From NCBI GenBank assembly GCA_942493105.1, contig OW818668.1:1080001-1112000 (forward strand): a stretch of 32,000 nucleotides of DNA. Reading direction: 5' to 3'. Made by a program: the position numbers and the translations under genes. Positions 24,339-32,000 of this stretch are shown here, in pieces; the stretch's first letter is position 1; every line of letters starts with the position of its first letter. The notes below the pieces were generated by a model. It was not told the DNA's origin, did no database searches, and saw nothing but the letters and a program-made list of their open reading frames with translations. This DNA comes from an uncultured Erysipelotrichaceae bacterium (GTDB taxonomy: Bacteria; Bacillota_I; Bacilli_A; Erysipelotrichales; Erysipelotrichaceae).

Positions 24339-25790
24339 ATGAGTTATGTATTGGCTCTGGATGCAGGAACAACTCAAATCAAAGTAGCTCTTTTTGGTCA
24401 TGACGGAACAATTTGTGCCATTTCAGAGCGAAAAGTAGATGTTTATTTTCCAACTCATGGTTATGTGGAACAAGATCCTTTACAGATTTATACAGCTACA
24501 ATAGAAGCAATAAAGGATACTTTAAATAAAGCAGGGGTTAACTCTGATGAGGTAGTGTCGTTAGGCATTACCAATCAAAGAATCAATGTTTTGATGTGGG
24601 ATGTTAAAACAGGTCAACCTATTTATAATGCCATGGGTTGGCAAGACCTAAGAGGACCTGATAAGACACCAGGTTTAATGGCGAGAAATTCTGTTGAATT
24701 TACACTAGCTTCTTTGGTTGTAGGTAAGATCCTATGGTTATTTGAAAGATTCCCTGATTTACGAAACAAAACAGAATCAGGTGAAGTTGTTTTTGGTGGT
24801 ATAGATACATGGCTTCTTTGGAAACTGACTGGTGGAAAAATCCATGCAACCGATGTTTCAAATGCTTCTACAACGATCCTTTATGACATCCAAAAAATGT
24901 GCTGGAATACAGAACTTCTTTCTGAAGTCAATGTGCCTCTAAATATCTTTCCACAAGTATTAGAGAGTGGACAACTTTTTGGCCATGTATCAACACCGGA
25001 TCTAGAACTAAACTGTCCGATTGCAGCACTTGTGGCAGATCAACAGGCCTCTTTGTTTGGACATCGTTGTTTTGAAACCAATCAAGCTAAAGTTACGATG
25101 GGAACTGGGTGTTTTGTGATGGTTAATATGGGTCAAAACCTAGATAAACCACCTTTTGGAATCATTAAACACATCGCATGGTCTATCAATGATCAACAGA
25201 CGATCGCGATGGAAGGCTCTATCCTAAGCTCTGGCAGTGCGCTAGAATGGCTAAAAGATGGTTTAGGGCTTATATCATCTCTAGATGATTTGGAATTACT
25301 TGCTTCAAGTGTAGAAGACAGTGGTGGTGTATTTTTTGTTCCAGCCTTAACAGGTTTAGGATCACCTTCGTGGGATACAAAAGCACGAGGCTTGTTGATT
25401 GGTTTAGATCGGGGTACTCAAAAAGGTCATATTGCCAAAGCTGCGATAGAATCTCTTGCTTTTCAGATCCGAGAAGTTATGGATGCAATGTATCCTGCTT
25501 TCTTAAATACACAAACTTTATGTGTGGATGGTAAACCCACAACGAATAAACTTTTGATTCAAACATTGGCAGATGTATGTCAAATGAAGGTAGAAAGAAA
25601 ATCGAATTATAATTTGTCACTCACGGGAGCCGCTTATTTAGCAGGTCTCGCTTCTGGGTTCTGGTCTACACCCGCTGAAATCTCTCAATTTCCTGTAGAA
25701 ACAGAAGTGTTTTATCCTCAACACAATAGGGAACACGACTATATTAAATGGTTAGAAGCTGTTAAACGATCTCAGTCATGGCTTGATTAA
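24339..25790 (+). CDS. glpK: glycerol kinase (FGGY family)
   Basis: AGGAGG SD. LALDAGTT, GITNQR, WQD.R, DTWLLWKLTGG..HATDVSNAS and DQQASLFG..C...AKVTMGTGCF all parallel GlpK. Slightly short at 483 aa. Confidence 0.75.
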   Translation: MSYVLALDAGTTQIKVALFGHDGTICAISERKVDVYFPTHGYVEQDPLQIYTATIEAIKDTLNKAGVNSDEVVSLGITNQRINVLMWDVKTGQPIYNAMGWQDLRGPDKTPGLMARNSVEFTLASLVVGKILWLFERFPDLRNKTESGEVVFGGIDTWLLWKLTGGKIHATDVSNASTTILYDIQKMCWNTELLSEVNVPLNIFPQVLESGQLFGHVSTPDLELNCPIAALVADQQASLFGHRCFETNQAKVTMGTGCFVMVNMGQNLDKPPFGIIKHIAWSINDQQTIAMEGSILSSGSALEWLKDGLGLISSLDDLELLASSVEDSGGVFFVPALTGLGSPSWDTKARGLLIGLDRGTQKGHIAKAAIESLAFQIREVMDAMYPAFLNTQTLCVDGKPTTNKLLIQTLADVCQMKVERKSNYNLSLTGAAYLAGLASGFWSTPAEISQFPVETEVFYPQHNREHDYIKWLEAVKRSQSWLD

Positions 25791-25948
25791 AGGTATTAAT
25801 CAAGTGCGATCGCTCAATCATAACTTTTAGCTCCTAAACTACGCGAGCAAATCTTGTGGGACTTTGCTGATATGGTTATTTTGTAAAATTTCTAATGATA
25901 GTATTGTCGTGTTTACTCTGCCATTAAGAGTCAAGAAAGAGAGTGTTT

Positions 25949-26878
25949 ATGAGTTCATTTAAAGATCTACGCATCGTTGACAATTTCTATCAAACTTCAG
26001 CTTTTTATCCCATGCCTACGATTTTAGTATCTACTTTATCTGAAGATGGTAAGACTTCTATAGGTTCCTATTCATTATGCTTTCCTTACTATATTGCTGG
26101 AAAATCGTATTATGCGATGATCCTAGAGTGTCGAAATTCATCAAATACAGCTCAGAATATCCTAAGAACGGGTAAATGTGCACTCAACTTTATTGAAGAC
26201 AGTCGCAAAGATTTCAAAGAAGCAGTACGTCTTGGTTTTCCTGGAGAAACAAGCGCTGAAAAAATGGCATCCTGCAAATTTAAACTCGAGGAAGGTCAGG
26301 CAGATTTTGCTGATGCTCCAAGACCCTTAATTGTATCAAAAGCTTATCAAGTTTTTGAGTGCACTTGGGACTCAAGTCTTGAGCATGTTGAGGACGATAG
26401 TAAACGAATTGGACAGCTCGAAGGTATTGAGCCTCCTTATCATGATTTTAATGGGATCACTTCTAAATTTGGTTGTCATTTTATCTTGAGAATAGACAAG
26501 ATTTTAATGAAGGAAAAGTTCTATGACGCCATCATCAACGGTGTCAAAGCTTCGACTTTCCCAAGAGTTCCTGTCGATTATGGATACAGGGACTCAACGC
26601 ATTTCTGGTATACCCGATTTAGACGTCCTATCGCTGAAAAAGTACCAGTTGGAAAAGAGGCTGATGTCCAATCTGTCATGTATGCTGCTAATCGTCTTGA
26701 CCCTGAAATCAAATTCACTGAAGGAGCCTGTAAAACAGTCACCAAAGTTCCTAGGATTTTTCTGAAAGTCGTTCTTACACAATGCATCGATTGGGCTAAA
26801 GCCAACAACGTTACAGAAATTGACGAATCGCATATGAAAATCATAAACGACAAGCGTAATTCCGAGAAGAAACGATAA
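25949..26878 (+). CDS. flavin reductase-like (FMN-binding split-barrel) domain protein
   Basis: The N-terminal region FYPMPTILVSTLSEDGKTSIGSYS..FPY resembles the flavin reductase-like fold. Start is ATG 25949 or GTG 25943. The assignment is tentative. Confidence 0.55.
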   Translation: MSSFKDLRIVDNFYQTSAFYPMPTILVSTLSEDGKTSIGSYSLCFPYYIAGKSYYAMILECRNSSNTAQNILRTGKCALNFIEDSRKDFKEAVRLGFPGETSAEKMASCKFKLEEGQADFADAPRPLIVSKAYQVFECTWDSSLEHVEDDSKRIGQLEGIEPPYHDFNGITSKFGCHFILRIDKILMKEKFYDAIINGVKASTFPRVPVDYGYRDSTHFWYTRFRRPIAEKVPVGKEADVQSVMYAANRLDPEIKFTEGACKTVTKVPRIFLKVVLTQCIDWAKANNVTEIDESHMKIINDKRNSEKKR

Positions 26879-27098
26879 TAACACTTTCTCAAGGTGCTAA
26901 ATCAATTGCAATCTGAATTTTTTGATTAACCTTAGAAAAGGTTAAGCGATTTATATAGAGAATAACCAAATTCTATAAGAACTACTACACCACCTATAAA
27001 ATCATTAAGTGATATTCTTTTAGAGTTCTTATTTATAGTGATTAAAAAAGAGTTTATAATCGTATATAAAAGCGTATAATGCTTAAAAAGTGAGCCTT

Positions 27099-27887
27099 AT
27101 GAGAAAAAACCTGATTAACAGTAAACGCATCGTTATTAAAGTCGGATCCAGTACCTTAACCTATGGCACTGGAGCCATTAATTTGAGTCGAATGGACAAA
27201 CTTGCCCAGATTATTTCTGATCTTCTTAACCAAAATAAGGAAGTGATTTTAGTTACTTCAGGTGCTATTGCGGTTGGTGTCAGTAAACTTAAACTCAGTG
27301 AGCGACCAAAATCAACACAGGATAAACAAGCTGCGGCTGCAGTTGGTCAAAGTGAACTTATGCATTTATACAGCAAGTTCTTTTCTGAATATGGGCATAT
27401 CGTTGCGCAGATATTATTGACTAAGGATGTTGTTGAAGAAGATAAGAAACGTCTCAATGTCATCAACACATTTGAAAGTCTTATTAAAAAAGGAATCTTG
27501 CCCATCGTCAATGAAAATGACACTGTTGCGACAGATGAAATTGAATTTGGAGATAATGATAGTTTGTCAGCCTTGGTCGCAACATTGATCCATGCAGATC
27601 TTTTGATCTTACTTTCAGATATCGATGGTCTCTATGAAGCAGATCCAAAAAGAAATCCCAACGCAAAATTAATTTCCTTGGTTGATAAAATCGATGATAC
27701 CGTTCTCGCAAGGGCTGGTGGTGCCGGATCAGATCGAGGAACTGGTGGAATGATGACTAAACTTAAAGCAGCTACCATAGCCACCCAAAACCACATTCAT
27801 ATGGTTATCGCTTTAGGCGAACATCCAGAAATCATTACAGACATCCTACAGGGAAAAGACATTGGAACCCTGTTTATTGCCCAATGA
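27099..27887 (+). CDS. proB: glutamate 5-kinase (short form without PUA domain)
   Basis: IVIKVGSS.LT, VTSGAIA.G, NENDTVA..E...GDND.LSA and GTGGM.TK are present. Start is ATG 27099 or GTG 27090. Confidence 0.9.
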   Translation: MRKNLINSKRIVIKVGSSTLTYGTGAINLSRMDKLAQIISDLLNQNKEVILVTSGAIAVGVSKLKLSERPKSTQDKQAAAAVGQSELMHLYSKFFSEYGHIVAQILLTKDVVEEDKKRLNVINTFESLIKKGILPIVNENDTVATDEIEFGDNDSLSALVATLIHADLLILLSDIDGLYEADPKRNPNAKLISLVDKIDDTVLARAGGAGSDRGTGGMMTKLKAATIATQNHIHMVIALGEHPEIITDILQGKDIGTLFIAQ

Positions 27888-29122
27888 ATGAGGTCTTAAT
27901 CAAAGCTGAAAAAGCTAAAAAAGCATCAATTCAACTTGCTCTTTTAGATTCTGATAAAAAAGATGCTTTTCTTGTAGCTCTATCATCATCACTTAACCAA
28001 GCTTCAGATCTTATTTTAGAAGCCAATAAAATTGATCTACAAAATAATGCTCACCTTAGTGATGCCTTAAAGGATCGCTTAAGAATCACTCCCTCTCAAC
28101 TCAAATCGATATCAGACTCTTTGATTCACTTAAGCCAAGCCACTGATCCAGTTGGTCAAATCCTTTTTGAAAATAGACGGCCCAATGGTTTGCTTATCCA
28201 AAAAATAAGTGTTCCATTAGGGGTCATCGCTATGATTTATGAAGCACGTCCCAATGTGACCATAGATGCCTCAGCGTTGGCATTTAAGGCAGGTAGTGCC
28301 ATTATATTGCGTGGTGGTAAAGAAGCCATCAATACGAATAAAGCCCTCGTACAAATCCTTAAATCGACTTTAGTAGCTCAAAAACTTGATCCTGAACTCG
28401 TTCAATTGATTGAAGATACTGATAAAGAGTTGGCGAAAGTTCTGATGACTGCCAATGGGTTAATCGATCTTTTGATCCCTAGAGGATCAGCAAGATTGAT
28501 CAAGACTGTTCTTGAGACAGCTACTGTTCCTGTTTTAGAAACAGGAGTTGGGAATTGTCATGCCTATGTAGAAAAAAGTGCAGACCAAGATATGGCCATC
28601 AAGGTTGTGATCAATGCTAAGTGTTCAAGGCCTTCTGTTTGTAATGCCCTAGAAAAAGTTTTGATCGATCAAGAAATTGCTGAAGCTTTTTTACCTAAAT
28701 TGATTCTTGCATTGAGAAAAGCCAATGTGAAGATTTTAGGGGATGAAGAGGTCGCAAAAATCGATCCCAGCATTCAACTCGCAACCCTAGACGATTGGTC
28801 AGAAGAATATCTTGATTTAAAGATTGCCATCAAGATCGTTAGAAACATTGATGAAGCACTGAATCATATCTCGATCTATTCCTCTAAACATTCAGAAACA
28901 ATTCTAACTTCAAATGATCTTTACGCAAAACGATTCTTGGATGAGGTTGATGCGGCTGCAGTATATCACAATGCTTCCACACGCTTTACGGATGGTGGTG
29001 AATTTGGATTCTCTTCTGAAATCGGGATATCAACTCAGAAAATGCATGCTCGTGGACCAGTAGGTTTATCAGAATTATGTTCGTATAAATATAAAATCTT
29101 TGGGAATGGTCAAATTCGATAA
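27884..29122 (+). CDS. proA: gamma-glutamyl phosphate reductase
   Basis: ATGA overlap with proB. YEARPNVT, ILRGGKEA, CNA.E..L and HSE.I.T motifs are present. Confidence 0.9.
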   Translation: MNEVLIKAEKAKKASIQLALLDSDKKDAFLVALSSSLNQASDLILEANKIDLQNNAHLSDALKDRLRITPSQLKSISDSLIHLSQATDPVGQILFENRRPNGLLIQKISVPLGVIAMIYEARPNVTIDASALAFKAGSAIILRGGKEAINTNKALVQILKSTLVAQKLDPELVQLIEDTDKELAKVLMTANGLIDLLIPRGSARLIKTVLETATVPVLETGVGNCHAYVEKSADQDMAIKVVINAKCSRPSVCNALEKVLIDQEIAEAFLPKLILALRKANVKILGDEEVAKIDPSIQLATLDDWSEEYLDLKIAIKIVRNIDEALNHISIYSSKHSETILTSNDLYAKRFLDEVDAAAVYHNASTRFTDGGEFGFSSEIGISTQKMHARGPVGLSELCSYKYKIFGNGQIR

Positions 29123-29155
29123 ACAAGCTCATTGAATTTTCTTCTAATTAGACAT

Positions 29156-29184
29156 AAAAAATCAACTGAAAATGTTGATTTTTT
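29156..29184. terminator. bidirectional terminator between proA and the aminopeptidase genes
   Basis: AAAAAATCAAC / GTTGATTTTTT with loop TGAAAAT. An A run lies before and a T run after. Confidence 0.75.
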
Positions 29185-29214
29185 ATGGTCATAAATTTAT
29201 GCGAAGTGATGTGA

Positions 29215-30459
29215 TTAGTTAACGCCGTTGAATGCGAAGTTTCCTTCTATAAATATGGAATAAGCTTTGTTTTCTTTATCATATCCAGTTACTTTAAGAT
29301 CTTTAGAACCAAACATGAAGTCAATGTGTATTTTTGAATGATTCAGATGAAACTGACTCCATTCATTTAGATCTGTACTTGAACATCCTTCAATACAGCT
29401 TGGAAATCCTCTTCCGATAGCCAAATGACAGGCTGCATTTTCATCATATAAAGTATTGAAGAATAGGAGCCCTGATTGAGCGATGGGGCTTTTTTCTTGT
29501 ACGAAAGCCACTTCACCTAAGTATGAAGCCCCTTCATCTGAAGCGACAAGTTCGGTAAGCAACTCAAGATTCTTATCGGCTATGATTCTTACGATTTTTC
29601 CTTCTTTAAACTCAAATCCGAAATCTTCAATGATGGTTCCGCCTAATTCTAAAGGTTTGGTTGCATAAACAATCCCATCAACTCTAAACTTATCTGGAGA
29701 GGTACATACTTCTTCAGTTGGGATATTTGCGACAAAGCGAATGACATCATCCCCACGACTGAATCGTGCATTGGGATGAAGCCCTATGGTTAAATCAGTA
29801 CCTAGTGCATTCTCAAAATGAAGGCGATCTAGTTTGAAACTATCCAAAACCTTACCGAAAGATGCAAGATCACTTAAATGTTTCTTCCAATTTTCAACAG
29901 GGTCTTCATTTAATCGTATGCGACAGATGTCATATACTGCATCAAACATTTTATTGAGTGCAACATCTGGAAGATCATCAGGGTATAAGGTTTGAGCCCA
30001 GAGTTGATTTGGATAAGAAGCGATACACCAGGTAATGTTGTCTTTCGCAATATAAGCTCGTATATGATTTCTTAAATCATTGGTGAAAGATTGAAGTGCA
30101 CTAGAGGCAGCATTGGATACATCTTTGAATAGATAAGGATAAGCTGATTTGATGAGCAAAGAACAGGCACCTTGTTTAAGATAATGAAGACGAGATTCCT
30201 TTTGCCAGTCTTTGACTTCTTTGATGTCATTTGGATCTAGGTTTAAACAACGTTCTTTATCGATGATCGCATCTGTGTAAAATACAATGACGTCCTTAGC
30301 TTTACGTTTAAATGCTGCTTCAGTGCATGCTTGAACCAAAGGGTAGGCATCAACCGGAGCTTCGATGATGAGAATTTGATCGGCCTGTAGATTGACACCC
30401 ATTTCAATCAATAGCTGTGCATATTTTGTAAGACGTTCATCGTGTGTGCTTACTTGCAT
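29215..30459 (-). CDS. M29 family aminopeptidase (AmpS/PepS-like, aminopeptidase T type)
   Basis: Length of 414 aa and sequence character (LAKLLV-type N-terminus, ...EE.C.SP...G......P........I.......F..G..V, ...NT..DEN...H.A.G) match thermophilic-type aminopeptidase II as I recall it. Confidence 0.75.
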   Translation of the reverse strand: MQVSTHDERLTKYAQLLIEMGVNLQADQILIIEAPVDAYPLVQACTEAAFKRKAKDVIVFYTDAIIDKERCLNLDPNDIKEVKDWQKESRLHYLKQGACSLLIKSAYPYLFKDVSNAASSALQSFTNDLRNHIRAYIAKDNITWCIASYPNQLWAQTLYPDDLPDVALNKMFDAVYDICRIRLNEDPVENWKKHLSDLASFGKVLDSFKLDRLHFENALGTDLTIGLHPNARFSRGDDVIRFVANIPTEEVCTSPDKFRVDGIVYATKPLELGGTIIEDFGFEFKEGKIVRIIADKNLELLTELVASDEGASYLGEVAFVQEKSPIAQSGLLFFNTLYDENAACHLAIGRGFPSCIEGCSSTDLNEWSQFHLNHSKIHIDFMFGSKDLKVTGYDKENKAYSIFIEGNFAFNGVN

Positions 30460-31619
30460 ACATAGATTCCATTTTGACGGGTGGTTAAATATTCTGTTGT
30501 TTCATGACCGATCAATGCCATGTCTTCTTGGCCAATACGACCATCTTTGAATTCAATGTTTATGTCGACTGTAAAGATCATCCCCACTTCCATATTGGCT
30601 TCAACACGACCTAAATAGCGCTCCCACCTTGGACCCATCATGACTCCGCCATCGTGCGTTTCACGACCGACTTGATGACCAAACCCGAAGTTGAAATCTG
30701 GATATCCAAAAGCTTTGATGGCTTCTCGTGCTGCTTCATCAGGGACGTAAGCTGGGGTATTGGGACGCATAAGGGCTAATCCCACATCTTGAGCTTTCTG
30801 AATGTTGGTTAAGGCTTGTTGATAATGTTGAGGAACTTCGGTTTCACCATCGTTGAGCACATAGTAAACCCGTTGAATGTCTGAACAATAATCATCTACT
30901 CTTACCCCAAAATCTAAAGTAACAAGTTCACCTTTTTTACAGGTATATTCACCAGGACCAGCGTGTCCCATTGGGGCATTTTTAAGCATGACGCCAGGAT
31001 TATGTTTTATTTCCCAGGCATTGCCTTGTTGATAATGGCGGATTCGATCTTGACAGAATTGATGAATTTCGATTTGTGATTTACCAGCTGTAATAAAGTC
31101 TTTTGCCTCAAGAAGAATTTTTTCTGTACACGCAATTGCTTTTTTGATGGCTGCTAGCTCAGAGCTTGTTTTGATGCCTCTTAATCGATTGATGATGCCT
31201 ACAGCACTGATGATTTCACCTTTATATCCAAACTCGTTAAATAGCTTGGTGAGAAATAAAAACATCCCATGAGTTAATCCATCACTTGCGACATCACTGG
31301 AATAGTTTAGTGCAATCTGTTGCGGTTTTAATCGATCTAAGAGCTCAAAGAAGGCGTCCTTAAAGGATTTATCATAAGAGATGACTTCATCATAGAGGGC
31401 TTGTTGTTGCATGCCATAGGCATCAAGATGTCCTGCTAAACAAATACTGAACTTAGGAGTAATGATGATGGCGGTGTTGCTACCTAATTGAAGGGTGGAT
31501 AAAAAGGGTAGAACAGGTTCTGAATTCATAACGGTTTCTCGACCGATGGTGATCCACATATCGATCTTAAGATCTTCTAAAATTCCTTTTGCTTGACTGA
31601 TTTTTTCTTTTTGTAACAT
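30450..31619 (-). CDS. M24 family peptidase (Xaa-Pro aminopeptidase/dipeptidase-like)
   Basis: The track ORF extends to 31655. The internal ATG (complement of 31617-31619) has AAAGGAG five nt upstream. The pita-bread region D.G......Y.SD..R, ...GH..G...H and ..VD are present. The stop overlaps the next gene start by 10 nt. Confidence 0.8.
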   Translation of the reverse strand: MLQKEKISQAKGILEDLKIDMWITIGRETVMNSEPVLPFLSTLQLGSNTAIIITPKFSICLAGHLDAYGMQQQALYDEVISYDKSFKDAFFELLDRLKPQQIALNYSSDVASDGLTHGMFLFLTKLFNEFGYKGEIISAVGIINRLRGIKTSSELAAIKKAIACTEKILLEAKDFITAGKSQIEIHQFCQDRIRHYQQGNAWEIKHNPGVMLKNAPMGHAGPGEYTCKKGELVTLDFGVRVDDYCSDIQRVYYVLNDGETEVPQHYQQALTNIQKAQDVGLALMRPNTPAYVPDEAAREAIKAFGYPDFNFGFGHQVGRETHDGGVMMGPRWERYLGRVEANMEVGMIFTVDINIEFKDGRIGQEDMALIGHETTEYLTTRQNGIYVCK

Positions 31620-31629
31620 GTTGGCTCCT

Positions 31630-32000
31630 TTATAGCTCAAATCGAGACCGATCAAATTTTGATAAGAATTCTGCCCCAGTTTCAGTCACCAGGATCATAT
31701 CCTCTACACGCATATAACATTCATCCACAAAAAACATCTTTGGTTCACTACAGAAAACCATGCCTGGTTTTAGAATAAAGTCCACTGAACGATTGACCAT
31801 AGGGTGTTCATGACAATCGATACCAATCTGATGACCTAAGTTACCTTTCTCTTGGAAACGAAGATCCTTACCATATCCTAACTCTGTAACTTTCTTTAAT
31901 ACTAGATCATAAAGTTCATTGTTGTTGGTTTTATAAGGGACTATGCTTTCTACCATGAATTGTTGACCTGCTTGTAAAGCATGATAGGCATTTTTTATAT
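31630..32000 (-). CDS. M24 family peptidase, C-terminal part (gene continues beyond right edge)
   Basis: The frame stays open to position 32000 upstream of the track Met (..IKNAYHALQAGQQFMVES..). GHQIGIDCHEHP and MVFCSEP...RVEDMILVTETG are typical of the M24 C-terminal domain. Confidence 0.75.
   Translation of the reverse strand, partial: IKNAYHALQAGQQFMVESIVPYKTNNNELYDLVLKKVTELGYGKDLRFQEKGNLGHQIGIDCHEHPMVNRSVDFILKPGMVFCSEPKMFFVDECYMRVEDMILVTETGAEFLSKFDRSRFEL

Noticed and set aside
26879-27098. T-box or other riboswitch leader upstream of proBA
   Set aside because: The region is short and lacks the conserved T-box sequence and the specifier/antiterminator arrangement. It shows only AT-rich sequence with promoter-like boxes and one small hairpin.
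1-32000. Alternative genetic code (TGA read as Trp, as in Mycoplasma/Spiroplasma)
   Set aside because: Long ORFs with recognisable full-length products are obtained with the standard code. Several genes end at TGA (for example 2352-2354, 4605-4607, 27885-27887), directly followed by junction motifs or the next gene.

Overview
This is an AT-rich chromosome segment that uses the standard genetic code (TGA acts as a stop). Lipobox lipoproteins point to a low-GC Gram-positive or mollicute-like host. The window has two very different parts.

(1) Positions ~600-8955, with remnants to ~11190, hold a run of co-oriented + strand genes. They encode unrelated hypothetical proteins, small membrane proteins and a TM-NERD protein. 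The intergenic regions are built from a small set of reused non-coding modules:
- A promoter-like box, TAGACT-N17-GATAAT with conserved flanks, present in 4 good copies and 1 degenerate copy (called S here).
- Two ~100-110 nt structured-looking elements, called R1 (2 copies) and R3 (2 full copies plus truncated copies). They share a common 5' module and show pairing-preserving substitutions.
- Short junction boxes after stop codons.
- An ORF-less segment bracketed by 20-nt direct repeats.

No integrase, transposase, reverse transcriptase or cas gene is visible in the window. This modular cassette array and its R1/R3 elements are the most unusual content, and I cannot assign them to any named family.

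(2) Positions ~9200-32000 carry ordinary genes:
- an ABC-2 exporter pair and an aldo/keto reductase
- a lipoprotein and a PstS-family binding protein
- a PAS histidine kinase and a REC-PAS-HD-GYP regulator
- a cold-shock protein and a lipoprotein
- a second multi-PAS HD-GYP paralogue
- a glycerol kinase and a flavin-reductase-like protein
- proBA
- an aminopeptidase cluster (one M29, two M24)

I found no rRNA, tRNA, CRISPR array or recognisable IS. All identities, spacings and pairings are hand alignments. No database search was possible.
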